34,278 bases of DNA from Legionellales bacterium. GTDB lineage: Bacteria; Pseudomonadota; Gammaproteobacteria; UBA1113. Below the pieces are notes generated by a model. The model did no database searches and was not told where the DNA came from. It worked only from the letters and a program-made list of their open reading frames with translations. Made by a program: the position numbers and the translations under genes. The first letter of the stretch is position 1, and each line of letters opens with the position of its first letter. Shown here in pieces: positions 26,928 to 34,066 of this stretch. The stretch is taken from positions 1 through 34,278 of the forward strand of contig JABEVJ010000261.1 in the NCBI GenBank assembly GCA_013043985.1, read 5' to 3'.

Positions 26928-27821
26928 CTAACCACAATAAATTTTGACGATCGCGACACGCGAATGCCCAAGCTCTTCCGATACCATCCGGCGAACAACA
27001 AAATCAATCTGTTTTTGTTGCTCATTCATGGCGTTGGCTGGCATGCCCCCGTTTCGAGGGCACTCCCACCCTTCGGTATTGGATAAATTGGCCGTTAAAG
27101 TCCGGTAACGCTCTTGAGCGTAGGCATGGCGAAGACCGTGTAAATTGCGGTAACCCGAAAGCCGGACTTGTCCAATATAGATGATTTCCTGCTCGCGGTA
27201 GGATTTTTCCGGTGGGATCAAAGAGGCACCCTTGGGTAAGATTTGTTTTAGTTCATCTAAAAAAGCCCGCTGCGCTTCGGTGGTAATGGGGATGGCGCGG
27301 GGAATGCCGCCTTTTGTCCATGAGCCTTTCAACACAAGTTTACTGCCTTTGTCGGCCTCGGTGACAATAAATTTCAAGCTTTCCTCACGGCGTAACCCAA
27401 AAAGTTGTTGCAGTCTGACAGAATGCCGAATCAGGGAGTCAGAGAATCGCGCAAAGTCGATATCTCTAATGGCTTTGTTGTTTTCCGACAGGTATTGTCT
27501 CGGAGCCAGTCCCATCTCGGTATTGGGTGGCACGACCAGCGGATTGCGGATAGCTCTTGCGATAAAGCGCAATTGACTCACCCTGTTTTTAATCGTGGCG
27601 GGGTTGAGATGCTCTTCTTGCCACCGCGCAACCAAGTATTTAACGTGCCGTTGTTTAATGTGATGAATACGGGAGAGCTGATAGCCCGCTTCATGCAGCT
27701 GGGTAATGAACAAACGCGCATTATCTGCGTAATCATGTCTTGATTTGAAAGACAGCCCTTCAACGTCCTTAAACAGCTTATGAATGCTGTAATGCGCATC
27801 CTTTAGAAAACGCCTTGACAT
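26928..27821 (-). CDS. Tyrosine recombinase (small phage-integrase-family protein) with catalytic residues present
   Basis: FGLRREESLK (Arg I), WTKGG (Lys), HGLRHAYAQERY (His-x-x-Arg), LGHSRVAIVKIYCG (His and the Tyr nucleophile). Confidence 0.8.
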   Translation of the reverse strand: MSRRFLKDAHYSIHKLFKDVEGLSFKSRHDYADNARLFITQLHEAGYQLSRIHHIKQRHVKYLVARWQEEHLNPATIKNRVSQLRFIARAIRNPLVVPPNTEMGLAPRQYLSENNKAIRDIDFARFSDSLIRHSVRLQQLFGLRREESLKFIVTEADKGSKLVLKGSWTKGGIPRAIPITTEAQRAFLDELKQILPKGASLIPPEKSYREQEIIYIGQVRLSGYRNLHGLRHAYAQERYRTLTANLSNTEGWECPRNGGMPANAMNEQQKQIDFVVRRMVSEELGHSRVAIVKIYCG

Positions 27822-28639
27822 GTCAATATTTCCTTGATTTTACGGTTGTCGGCGTAGCCCATCTCCTCACGAAGCTGTTTGAGTACGGCCAGTTGGGTTG
27901 TCTTCGCAGAAGACTGACTGAGAGAGACATACCGCTCATGTAAGTAAATGTGCCGAAAATATTCTTTTTGTTGTACGCCCTGTTGTTTGAATGCGTTGGT
28001 ATGAAGCGAGGATAACAACATCAGATTGCCGCCATAGCTGGCACGAAATCCGGTGATAGGTAAGGATTTCAAATCGTGGATAAGGGCTTGCTGCGCCTCA
28101 TTCCAATAGGGAACGGTGCGGTTATGGCTGTTATAGGCCGCTTCCCGCGAAAGGCGGAGTTCGGTGTCTGCCAGCATAAACGGCTCAAAACGGATAGCTT
28201 CCTGTTTTTTAAGACCAAAGCAGACTTGTAACCGACAAACCAGCTGAACATCGGTGTCTCGGATGGATTGAATATTCATGCCTTGTTTAGCCACCGCGAT
28301 AACCGCTTTTTCATACTGAATACCCAGGGTCGGGTTATCGGGGAAAGGGATAGAATCAACATAGGCCACTATGACGCTGCGTAGGATACTGATTTTGCGA
28401 CAAACGGTATTGGATGTGTTGCCTCTTGATTGCCATAACTGAACCAGTTTTTTAAGAACAGGCGTCCGAATTTCTTTTAAACGCGGCACAAGCGAATTTA
28501 GCGCCATTAAATCATCCGGCAGGGAAAAGAGTACTTTTTCCCGCTCACGCCGAAAGCAGGGCGAGCCGCCCGCCATGGATGATAAAGCTTGCTGAATATC
28601 GGTTTTTAACAGGCTTAAACGATTAGACATGTTTTTCAA
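27803..28639 (-). CDS. Paralogue of the downstream tyrosine recombinase with a degenerate active site
   Basis: It aligns with the neighbour, but the equivalent positions read FGLKKQEAIRF (Arg to Lys), YNSHN (Lys lost), EYFRHIYLHERY (first His to Glu) and MGYADNRKIKEILTCQGVF (His to Tyr, no aligned Tyr). It overlaps the downstream gene by 19 nt. Confidence 0.65.
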   Translation of the reverse strand: MKNMSNRLSLLKTDIQQALSSMAGGSPCFRREREKVLFSLPDDLMALNSLVPRLKEIRTPVLKKLVQLWQSRGNTSNTVCRKISILRSVIVAYVDSIPFPDNPTLGIQYEKAVIAVAKQGMNIQSIRDTDVQLVCRLQVCFGLKKQEAIRFEPFMLADTELRLSREAAYNSHNRTVPYWNEAQQALIHDLKSLPITGFRASYGGNLMLLSSLHTNAFKQQGVQQKEYFRHIYLHERYVSLSQSSAKTTQLAVLKQLREEMGYADNRKIKEILTCQGVF

Positions 28640-28872
28640 TCAACATCATGGAAATAACCGGACTGACACCCTGCGAACTGGTTTAGTGTTAGTTGAGCGT
28701 TCCTCGGTTTCACTACGTCCGAGGGTACATGCCTTACGGCATTCGAGGCTCATTAGAGAAGGGGCGTTTCTTAGTCGGTTAATCGGTTCATGATGTCATG
28801 CTCCTGGTCGGTTAATTAATGATAATAACGGGTTAAAAAATAACCGTTCATTGATGGCTTAATCAGCATTCG

Positions 28873-29112
28873 TTAGTCTCGATACAGCTCAATCATGTCT
28901 TGGGTCACTTTCTCGATACTTTCAGGGGTAATTAAAACGTTAATCATCTTTCGAATGGACGGAATCATGTCGGTTTTTTCACGAATACGTTGCTGCGCGT
29001 GTCGTAATAGCTGAAATGACGGTTCGCTTAATAAAAAGGTCGTTTCCTGAGGGGTTTCGGGTAACGCATTGTCGGGTTTTACTATTGCCGTGTGGCGGGT
29101 TTCTTTTTTCAT
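28873..29112 (-). CDS. Small ribbon-helix-helix-like DNA-binding protein (79 aa)
   Basis: TTFLLSEPSFQLLRHAQQRIREK...SIRKMINVLI fits a beta-strand/helix/helix RHH layout. GGAG lies 10 nt upstream of the ATG. Short direct repeats flank it on both sides. Confidence 0.5.
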   Translation of the reverse strand: MKKETRHTAIVKPDNALPETPQETTFLLSEPSFQLLRHAQQRIREKTDMIPSIRKMINVLITPESIEKVTQDMIELYRD

Positions 29113-29128
29113 TGAATCAATACTCCAA

Positions 29129-29223
29129 GTCGTTGTTTACTCTATTCATTTAACAGCGTGCAACTGTCGTTTATGTCGTTTATCGCAAATCATTTATCAA
29201 TGGTCGTTTACTCTCCTCGTTTG
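29129..29223. repeat. GTCGTTTA(Y) direct repeats upstream of the RHH gene
   Basis: gtcgttgtttac at 29129, tandem gtcgtttat/gtcgtttat at 29166-29183, gtcgtttac at 29203-29211, tcgtttg at 29217-29223. Related gtcggttaat lies at 28774-28783 and 28807-28816, downstream of the gene. Confidence 0.65.
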
Positions 29224-29569
29224 CTTTCTATTTTCATATCTCCTGCCTGATGTGCTTGGGTGATTTTTTTAAAAAATCCACTCAAGCTCGAACTATCCTG
29301 CGGATATCGTTTTTCCTCATTCATTTGTCGTGTATTCACTCTTTCATTTCATCGGAAACACTCAATGAGCGTTTTTGAAGTTGTCTCGTCAAAAAAGAGG
29401 TATGCAAAACGACACCGTGCGATGCAGGATGAAGCAAGCCAATCATTTTTTTGACAAAGCAAATAACAGGAGCGATAAAATCACTCTGTGAAGGATGGCA
29501 ATAAAGCCGTCAGACGGATGTTGGCACCTATCTGTTTTTGAAGAACGCTAAACCTTGAAGGGAGTAACG

Positions 29570-29705
29570 CAAGTTGATTAACAACACCAAATCTAAGGTC
29601 GACTGTCGCTGGCAGTTAATGGCGTAAGGAGCAGTTTACATAAGACCAGCAGCAGCAAGCTGATAGTTTCACGGGAGTTGCACCCGATCATCAGTTATGT
29701 TCACA
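29570..29705. repeat. Non-coding repeat module, copy 2 (order A then B)
   Basis: See the feature at 24355-24566. Core A lies at 29600-29635 and B at 29660-29702. Confidence 0.65.
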
Positions 29706-29886
29706 GCCATGATAGCAAAGATACATCTCAAAAAACAAGTGCAAAATATGTTTTTATTTTGCGCAAAAATGAATCAAAAAATCGTCAAAAAAAGCGTTAT
29801 GTTTTAAAATACCAGATGGGTATTTAATTTTTTCGATTTTAACTGCTTGATCAGTAATGATTTTTTGATGACCAAAATTTGAGCTT

Positions 29887-30047
29887 TCCGAGTCGTCACT
29901 GCAAACGGCTTGCAGTGACGACTCGGATACAGTGGTCAGCGAGCTGCCCGCGATGTGCTGCCAAAGCGGTTAAAAAAATCTTTTTAAACCGCTTTGGCAG
30001 CAGAGCAAGGCAGGGCAAAAAATGAGGCAGAGCCTCCCTGCCCTGCC
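29887..30047. other. Cluster of three strong hairpins / inverted repeats
   Basis: IR1 is an 18-bp perfect stem (29887-29904 with 29910-29927). IR2 spans 29957-30001 (gctgccaaagcggtt.aaaaa with tttttaaaccgctttggcagc, one bulge). IR3 is ggcagggca at 30009-30017 with tgccctgcc at 30039-30047, and has a nested gaggc-aga-gcctc at 30024-30036. Confidence 0.8.
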
Positions 30048-30059
30048 AAACGCGCCTCG

Positions 30060-30251
30060 GGTGGATAAGGCTGTGATTTACCCCTTGTTCAGGGTCACTC
30101 CATGCGCTGCACAACCAACCCTATCCCCCGAGGCGCACGAGTTGCTATCGCACCCCTAATAAGGATCGCCAACTTACCCACAAGCTCCACACTATAGCTT
30201 CACAATATCGCAAGCGGTTTCGCTTCGTGTGGATTTGTGGATAAGTTGGCG
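30060..30251. other. DnaA-box cluster within a long imperfect inverted repeat (candidate origin element)
   Basis: TGTGGATAA at 30236-30244 is 9/9 to the consensus. TTACCCACA at 30174-30182 is 8/9. GGTGGATAA at 30060-30068 is 8/9. TGTGGATTT at 30228-30236 is 7/9. Arms 30167-30192 and 30227-30251 form a roughly 25-bp IR. GATC lies at 30164-30167. Confidence 0.6.
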
Positions 30252-30297
30252 AACTATTGAGTCAAGGGGTTTGCACCCCTTTGAACCCCAACAGCCC
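30243..30297 (+). repeat. About 55-nt repeat, copy 1 (partner at 34067-34118)
   Basis: Block 1 (aagttggcgaactattgagtcaa vs aagctaacgaaccattgagtcaa) is 19/23 identical. Block 2 (cccctttgaaccccaacagcc vs ccccttttaaccccaacagcc) is 20/21 identical. Both copies are in the same orientation. Confidence 0.7.
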
Positions 30298-30316
30298 AAA
30301 GAAAAATGAGCGTAAA

Positions 30317-30344
30317 TTTTTTTGAAACGGCCGTTTCAAAAAAA
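30317..30344. repeat. 28-bp perfect AT-rich palindrome TTTTTTTGAAACGG/CCGTTTCAAAAAAA
   Basis: Read directly from the sequence. It lies 36 nt downstream of the kfrA-like stop codon. Confidence 0.85.
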
Positions 30345-30379
30345 ATCAGGATAAAAACGGGAATCCATTCAGTAGCCGA

Positions 30380-31084
30380 TTATTTAACCCGCTCATATTT
30401 GGTGAGTTGTTTTTCAATTTCTGTATTTTTAGCCTCAGCTGCGGTGGCTTTTAAGTCGGATTGATGTTTTTTCTCTTGCAGCTCATGTAATTGTTTCTGT
30501 AATTTTTCCGCGAGGGTTTCCGCTTTTTCAGCGGCTGCATCTGCACGCTCAATTTGAAACTGGGCTTTTGCCGATTCTGTACGGGCTATTTCCTGCATTC
30601 GAAGCGATTCAGTATATTTGGAGTCTATTTCATGAAGGCGTTTTTCATATTCGCTGTTTCGCTCCATGGCCGCCGAGAGTTGCTTCTCCAAGTCGAGGTT
30701 TTTTTGCTGGAGTGATTCTTTCTGGCTCTGCAAATCCTGTTTCAGCGATTCAATTTGCTGCTCATAATCGGCCAATTGAAGATTCGCCTCTTTCAGTTGG
30801 GTCTGCTCTTTTTCCAGTCTTGATTCTAACTCTCGGCGAGTCTCGGCAACCAGACGTCCAAACTCAGCTAGTACGGATTGTTTAAAACCCTCAGACATAT
30901 CACCTGTCACCGATGAGGCAAAATCATTTTCCTGCTTCCAACGGGTTAAGTAGTCCGAAATGGTTGAAAACGAGCCACCAATTCGGGCGTGAATATTGCG
31001 AACGCTTAAAGACTCGCCGAGGTGGCGCATGTCTTGGCATGCTTTGCAGAAATCAGAATAAGAAACCGCTTCTTTTTTAGCCAT
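30380..31084 (-). CDS. kfrA: KfrA-like plasmid DNA-binding protein (N-terminal HTH plus a long coiled coil)
   Basis: MAKKEAVSYSDFCKACQDMRHLGESLSVRNIHARIGGSFSTISDYLTRWKQE matches the KfrA_N pattern, and is followed by about 170 aa of heptad-rich helix. I chose the ATG at 31084; the annotated upstream extension runs through the operator repeats. Confidence 0.7.
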   Translation of the reverse strand: MAKKEAVSYSDFCKACQDMRHLGESLSVRNIHARIGGSFSTISDYLTRWKQENDFASSVTGDMSEGFKQSVLAEFGRLVAETRRELESRLEKEQTQLKEANLQLADYEQQIESLKQDLQSQKESLQQKNLDLEKQLSAAMERNSEYEKRLHEIDSKYTESLRMQEIARTESAKAQFQIERADAAAEKAETLAEKLQKQLHELQEKKHQSDLKATAAEAKNTEIEKQLTKYERVK

Positions 31085-31106
31085 AATGATGTCCTTTTGA
31101 GTAACA

Positions 31107-31145
31107 GATAACGATACGGTAACGTTATCATGTGTTACGATAACG
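31107..31145. promoter_or_regulatory. Putative kfrA-like operator: three GATAACG motifs
   Basis: GATAACG lies at 31107-31113 and 31139-31145, with the inverted CGTTATC at 31123-31129. The cluster lies 23-60 nt upstream of the start codon. Confidence 0.5.
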
Positions 31146-31272
31146 CGCAAGTGTGGATGGAAATAAGGTTGACCGTTCGAACACTACGCTCTGATCTCAA
31201 CAGACTTATCTCTCACCAGCTGGTTTCAAAATCAGGCAAGGCCAAAGCCGTAAAATGATCTTCTCTCATCAA

Positions 31273-31312
31273 TCCGGAAGAATCTGGAAGTATTCGGAAA
31301 TATCCGGAAACA
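31273..31312 (+). repeat. Four tandem helically phased 10-bp repeats, T(C/T)(C/T)GGAA(G/A)NA
   Basis: tccggaagaa / tctggaagta / ttcggaaata / tccggaaaca. They lie in the divergent kfrA-like/ada intergenic region. Confidence 0.8.
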
Positions 31313-31512
31313 ACAAAAAAAACGGGGCATCGTCAGCGTTAAAATTAACCCATTACTCAAGTCATCGAAGCACACGCCACAAAGTGGTGAAATAGGAAAC
31401 AGTTTATGGAAAAAATCAATGCCTGAATTTCGGCGGCAGCCTATCGAAAATCTCCGTATAATGTTTTGAGAACAGGGGTAATAGAATTTATCATTACGCG
31501 GTGGCACTCTCC

Positions 31513-32583
31513 ATGATGACAACAGAAGCAAAGCAACGCTATTATCAAGCCCTGCTTGATAAAAAATCAGAATACGAAGGTATTTTTTACGTTGGCGTAA
31601 AAACAACGGGGGTATTTTGCCGCCCAACGTGCCCCGCACGAAAACCCAAATTTGAGAACTGTGAATTTTTTGAAACAGCTGAACAAGCCTTGCTGGCTTC
31701 TTTCAGACCATGCCAGCGTTGTCGCCCTTTATCACACCCCAACCATGTCTCAATCCTTATTCAAACGCTGGTACAAGCGGTCGAAGTCAACCCTGAAAAA
31801 CGCTGGAAAGAAAATGATTTTAGCCAGCTGGGAGTCGATATATCGACTGCCCGCAGACAATTCAAAAAGCGTTTTGGTATGACCTTTGTTCAATATGCCA
31901 GGGCAAGACGAATGGGTTTGGCCATGAAAAGAATTCGGTCAGGCTCACCTATTATTGATACCCAGCTTGCCAGTGGTTATGAGTCGGATAGCGGATTTCG
32001 CGATGCATTTTCACGCATTATGGGCAGCGCACCCAGTAAAACGGAGGCAACACGCATTTTAAAGGCGGAATGGCTCGATACGCGATTAGGTCCTATGTTA
32101 GTCATTGCCGATGACGAGGGATTATACCTGCTGGAATTTGTTGATCGCCGTGGCCTTGAGCGCGAAGTTGAGCGATTGCGGCTCAAAACAAAATCGGCTA
32201 TTTTACCCGGTCGAACAATACCTATTGACTCTATTGACCTCGAACTCCAGTGTTACTTCAAGGGAGAATTAGATAAATTTGATACTCCCCTGAATCTAAT
32301 AGGATCAACTTTTCAGCAAAATGTCTGGCAAGCATTACAAAAAATTCCCTGCGGTGAAACCCGCTCTTATCTCGATATTGCCCGTGCAATTGGCCATCCT
32401 GCGGCTGTGCGTGCTGTTGCAAGAGCCAACGGAGCCAATCAATTGGCACTCATTATTCCCTGTCATCGCGTTATCAATCATAATGGGGAATTGGGCGGTT
32501 ATGGCGGAGGGATCTCTCGAAAACAGTGGTTAATTCAACATGAAAAACAGATGGCAAATAAAGGAGACAGGTGCAATGAATGA
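31513..32583 (+). CDS. ada: Bifunctional Ada: methylphosphotriester-DNA methyltransferase / AraC-type regulator / O6-methylguanine-DNA methyltransferase
   Basis: The N-terminal Zn-Cys4 region FYVGVKTTGVFCRPTCPARK...FRPCQRCRP parallels E. coli Ada. An AraC HTH lies in the middle. The C-terminal active site is IPCHRV. Confidence 0.9.
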   Translation: MMTTEAKQRYYQALLDKKSEYEGIFYVGVKTTGVFCRPTCPARKPKFENCEFFETAEQALLASFRPCQRCRPLSHPNHVSILIQTLVQAVEVNPEKRWKENDFSQLGVDISTARRQFKKRFGMTFVQYARARRMGLAMKRIRSGSPIIDTQLASGYESDSGFRDAFSRIMGSAPSKTEATRILKAEWLDTRLGPMLVIADDEGLYLLEFVDRRGLEREVERLRLKTKSAILPGRTIPIDSIDLELQCYFKGELDKFDTPLNLIGSTFQQNVWQALQKIPCGETRSYLDIARAIGHPAAVRAVARANGANQLALIIPCHRVINHNGELGGYGGGISRKQWLIQHEKQMANKGDRCNE

Positions 32584-33364
32584 TAAGGTCAACCATGCGA
32601 AACACTTTCATACGCTCCATATCAAAGGCGATCCATTAATTCTGTATAATATCTGGGATGCTGGCAGTGCCAAAGCCATACAGGAGGTCGGTGCAAAAGC
32701 CATTGCAACCAGCAGTTTTGCTGTAGCTGCCACCAATGGCTATGAAGATGGTGAAAAATTACCCTTAGCATGCGTGTTGGAAAATATAGCTCATATTATC
32801 GATAATGTGACCTTACCCGTTACGCTGGATTTTGAAGGTGGGTACGCTCGAGCACCTCATGATCTATACGACAATATCCTTCGTGTTATCGAACGTGGGG
32901 CGGTAGGCATTAACTTTGAAGATCAGATCATCGATGGAAAGGGGCTGTATTCTATTACTGAGCAATGTGCTCGCATTCATGCGGTTCGCCAAAGTGCTTT
33001 AAGCCAGTCCTTTCCTTTGTTTATCAATGCGAGAACGGATATTTTTCTCAAGGCCGATCACGAAGAACATCATACTCAACATATTGATGAAGCTTTAGAA
33101 CGTGCTGTTGCCTATGCTGAGGCAGGCGCAAACGGATTTTTTGCACCTGGCCTGAGAAATGAAAAATTGATTGCCTTGCTTTGTAAATATTCACCCCTCC
33201 CCGTCAATATTATGATGCAGATCTCCATGCCAACGCATAAGCAGCTTGCTGATTTGGGTGTGGCACGCATCAGTTATGGCATTTATCCCTATTGCCAAGT
33301 GATGTCACTCATAAAAAAATCCAGTATGGCTGTCTTTTTTCCATCCAATGGAGAAGTTTTTTAA
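32576..33364 (+). CDS. Isocitrate lyase/PEP mutase superfamily protein (PEP_mutase/methylisocitrate-lyase-like)
   Basis: LILYNIWDAGSAKAIQEVGAKAIATSS, INFEDQ and FINARTD are typical of the family. RBS aaggaga lies 8 nt upstream. The start overlaps the ada stop by 8 nt. Confidence 0.75.
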   Translation: MNDKVNHAKHFHTLHIKGDPLILYNIWDAGSAKAIQEVGAKAIATSSFAVAATNGYEDGEKLPLACVLENIAHIIDNVTLPVTLDFEGGYARAPHDLYDNILRVIERGAVGINFEDQIIDGKGLYSITEQCARIHAVRQSALSQSFPLFINARTDIFLKADHEEHHTQHIDEALERAVAYAEAGANGFFAPGLRNEKLIALLCKYSPLPVNIMMQISMPTHKQLADLGVARISYGIYPYCQVMSLIKKSSMAVFFPSNGEVF

Positions 33365-33422
33365 GGAATAGTGCTGAAACCGCCGTAAAGAAAGCTCATC
33401 GATTCGCAGAAACGTTAAGGAC

Positions 33423-33971
33423 TCACTCTGCCGTTTCCTCAAGATCCTCTTGAGCTATCTGCTTTAAATCAATGTGCTGCTCAAACTCTCCATCAATCAC
33501 TTTAAACAGCAGGTTATAGGAAACGCGCCACCGTTTATGGGTCGTTGTCATGATGCTGGCCGTCTTGGGGTTGAGGCGTATAATGGCACCTGCCATGGAA
33601 ACGCCGTCATGCTGAAAACCCACTGAATCCCCCACACTGAAGTGATTGCGGGTCAACCGCTCTTTTACGCCAGACTGAATGTCGGTGTCGACACCCTCCA
33701 GATTCAGCATGTAATACGGGATTTTCCAGTTGCGTCCCGTGAGAGTGTTTTTGACCACCACATACTTGGGATTACGTTGAAGTACGATAGCGGGCACTGT
33801 TTTATTCGCCTCGGAGTCAAAATAATGGACGGTGCTCCCTTCCCTGAGTGAGTAACGAATACCCTGAACGCGGACAGGATTTTCCATTTCATGGCGAATA
33901 GCCACATTGAGTCGATATAAATCAAACAGGCTAGCTTGTTTCATAGCGTTTAGGAGCTGGGTGTAATTCAT
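33423..33971 (-). CDS. Hypothetical protein with an internal tandem duplication of a small beta-rich (SH3/KOW-like) module
   Basis: Segments GSTVHYFD..VPAIVLQRNPKYVVV...WKIPYYML and GDSVGFQHD..AGAIIRLNPKTASI...WRVSYNLL align with each other. Confidence 0.5.
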   Translation of the reverse strand: MNYTQLLNAMKQASLFDLYRLNVAIRHEMENPVRVQGIRYSLREGSTVHYFDSEANKTVPAIVLQRNPKYVVVKNTLTGRNWKIPYYMLNLEGVDTDIQSGVKERLTRNHFSVGDSVGFQHDGVSMAGAIIRLNPKTASIMTTTHKRWRVSYNLLFKVIDGEFEQHIDLKQIAQEDLEETAE

Positions 33972-34066
33972 CAGTGTATCTCGCGGTTAAAAAAATCGAT
34001 TTCATATATAGCGTGTTATTTATACAAAACGTGGTGAGAATAGCACTCAGTAGGGGAATAGTCGAG

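Noticed and set aside
29887-29927. 18-bp perfect hairpin as a transcription terminator
   Set aside because: There is no T-tract after the stem on either strand, and no gene ends nearby. A role in origin, oriT or single-strand structure is more likely.
29896-30114. 72-aa minus-strand ORF inside the GC-rich hairpin region
   Set aside because: It lies entirely within three long inverted repeats. It has no RBS, and its Arg/Ala/Pro/Leu-rich composition looks like an artefact of GC-rich palindromic DNA. I treat it as non-coding structure.
30317-30344. 28-bp AT palindrome as the rho-independent terminator of the kfrA-like gene
   Set aside because: Because it is a perfect palindrome, the T-run precedes the stem and the A-run follows it on both strands. 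No U-tract follows the GC stem (gaaacgg/ccgtttc) in either direction.
31400-31470. Ada box upstream of ada
   Set aside because: A TATAAT at 31457-31462 with a poor -35 fits an activator-dependent promoter. I could not identify a convincing AAAGCGCA-type Ada box, so no site is called.
31232-31639. 135-aa minus-strand ORF across the kfrA-like/ada intergenic region
   Set aside because: It runs through the 10-bp tandem repeats and antisense into the well-supported ada start. The translation is low-complexity.
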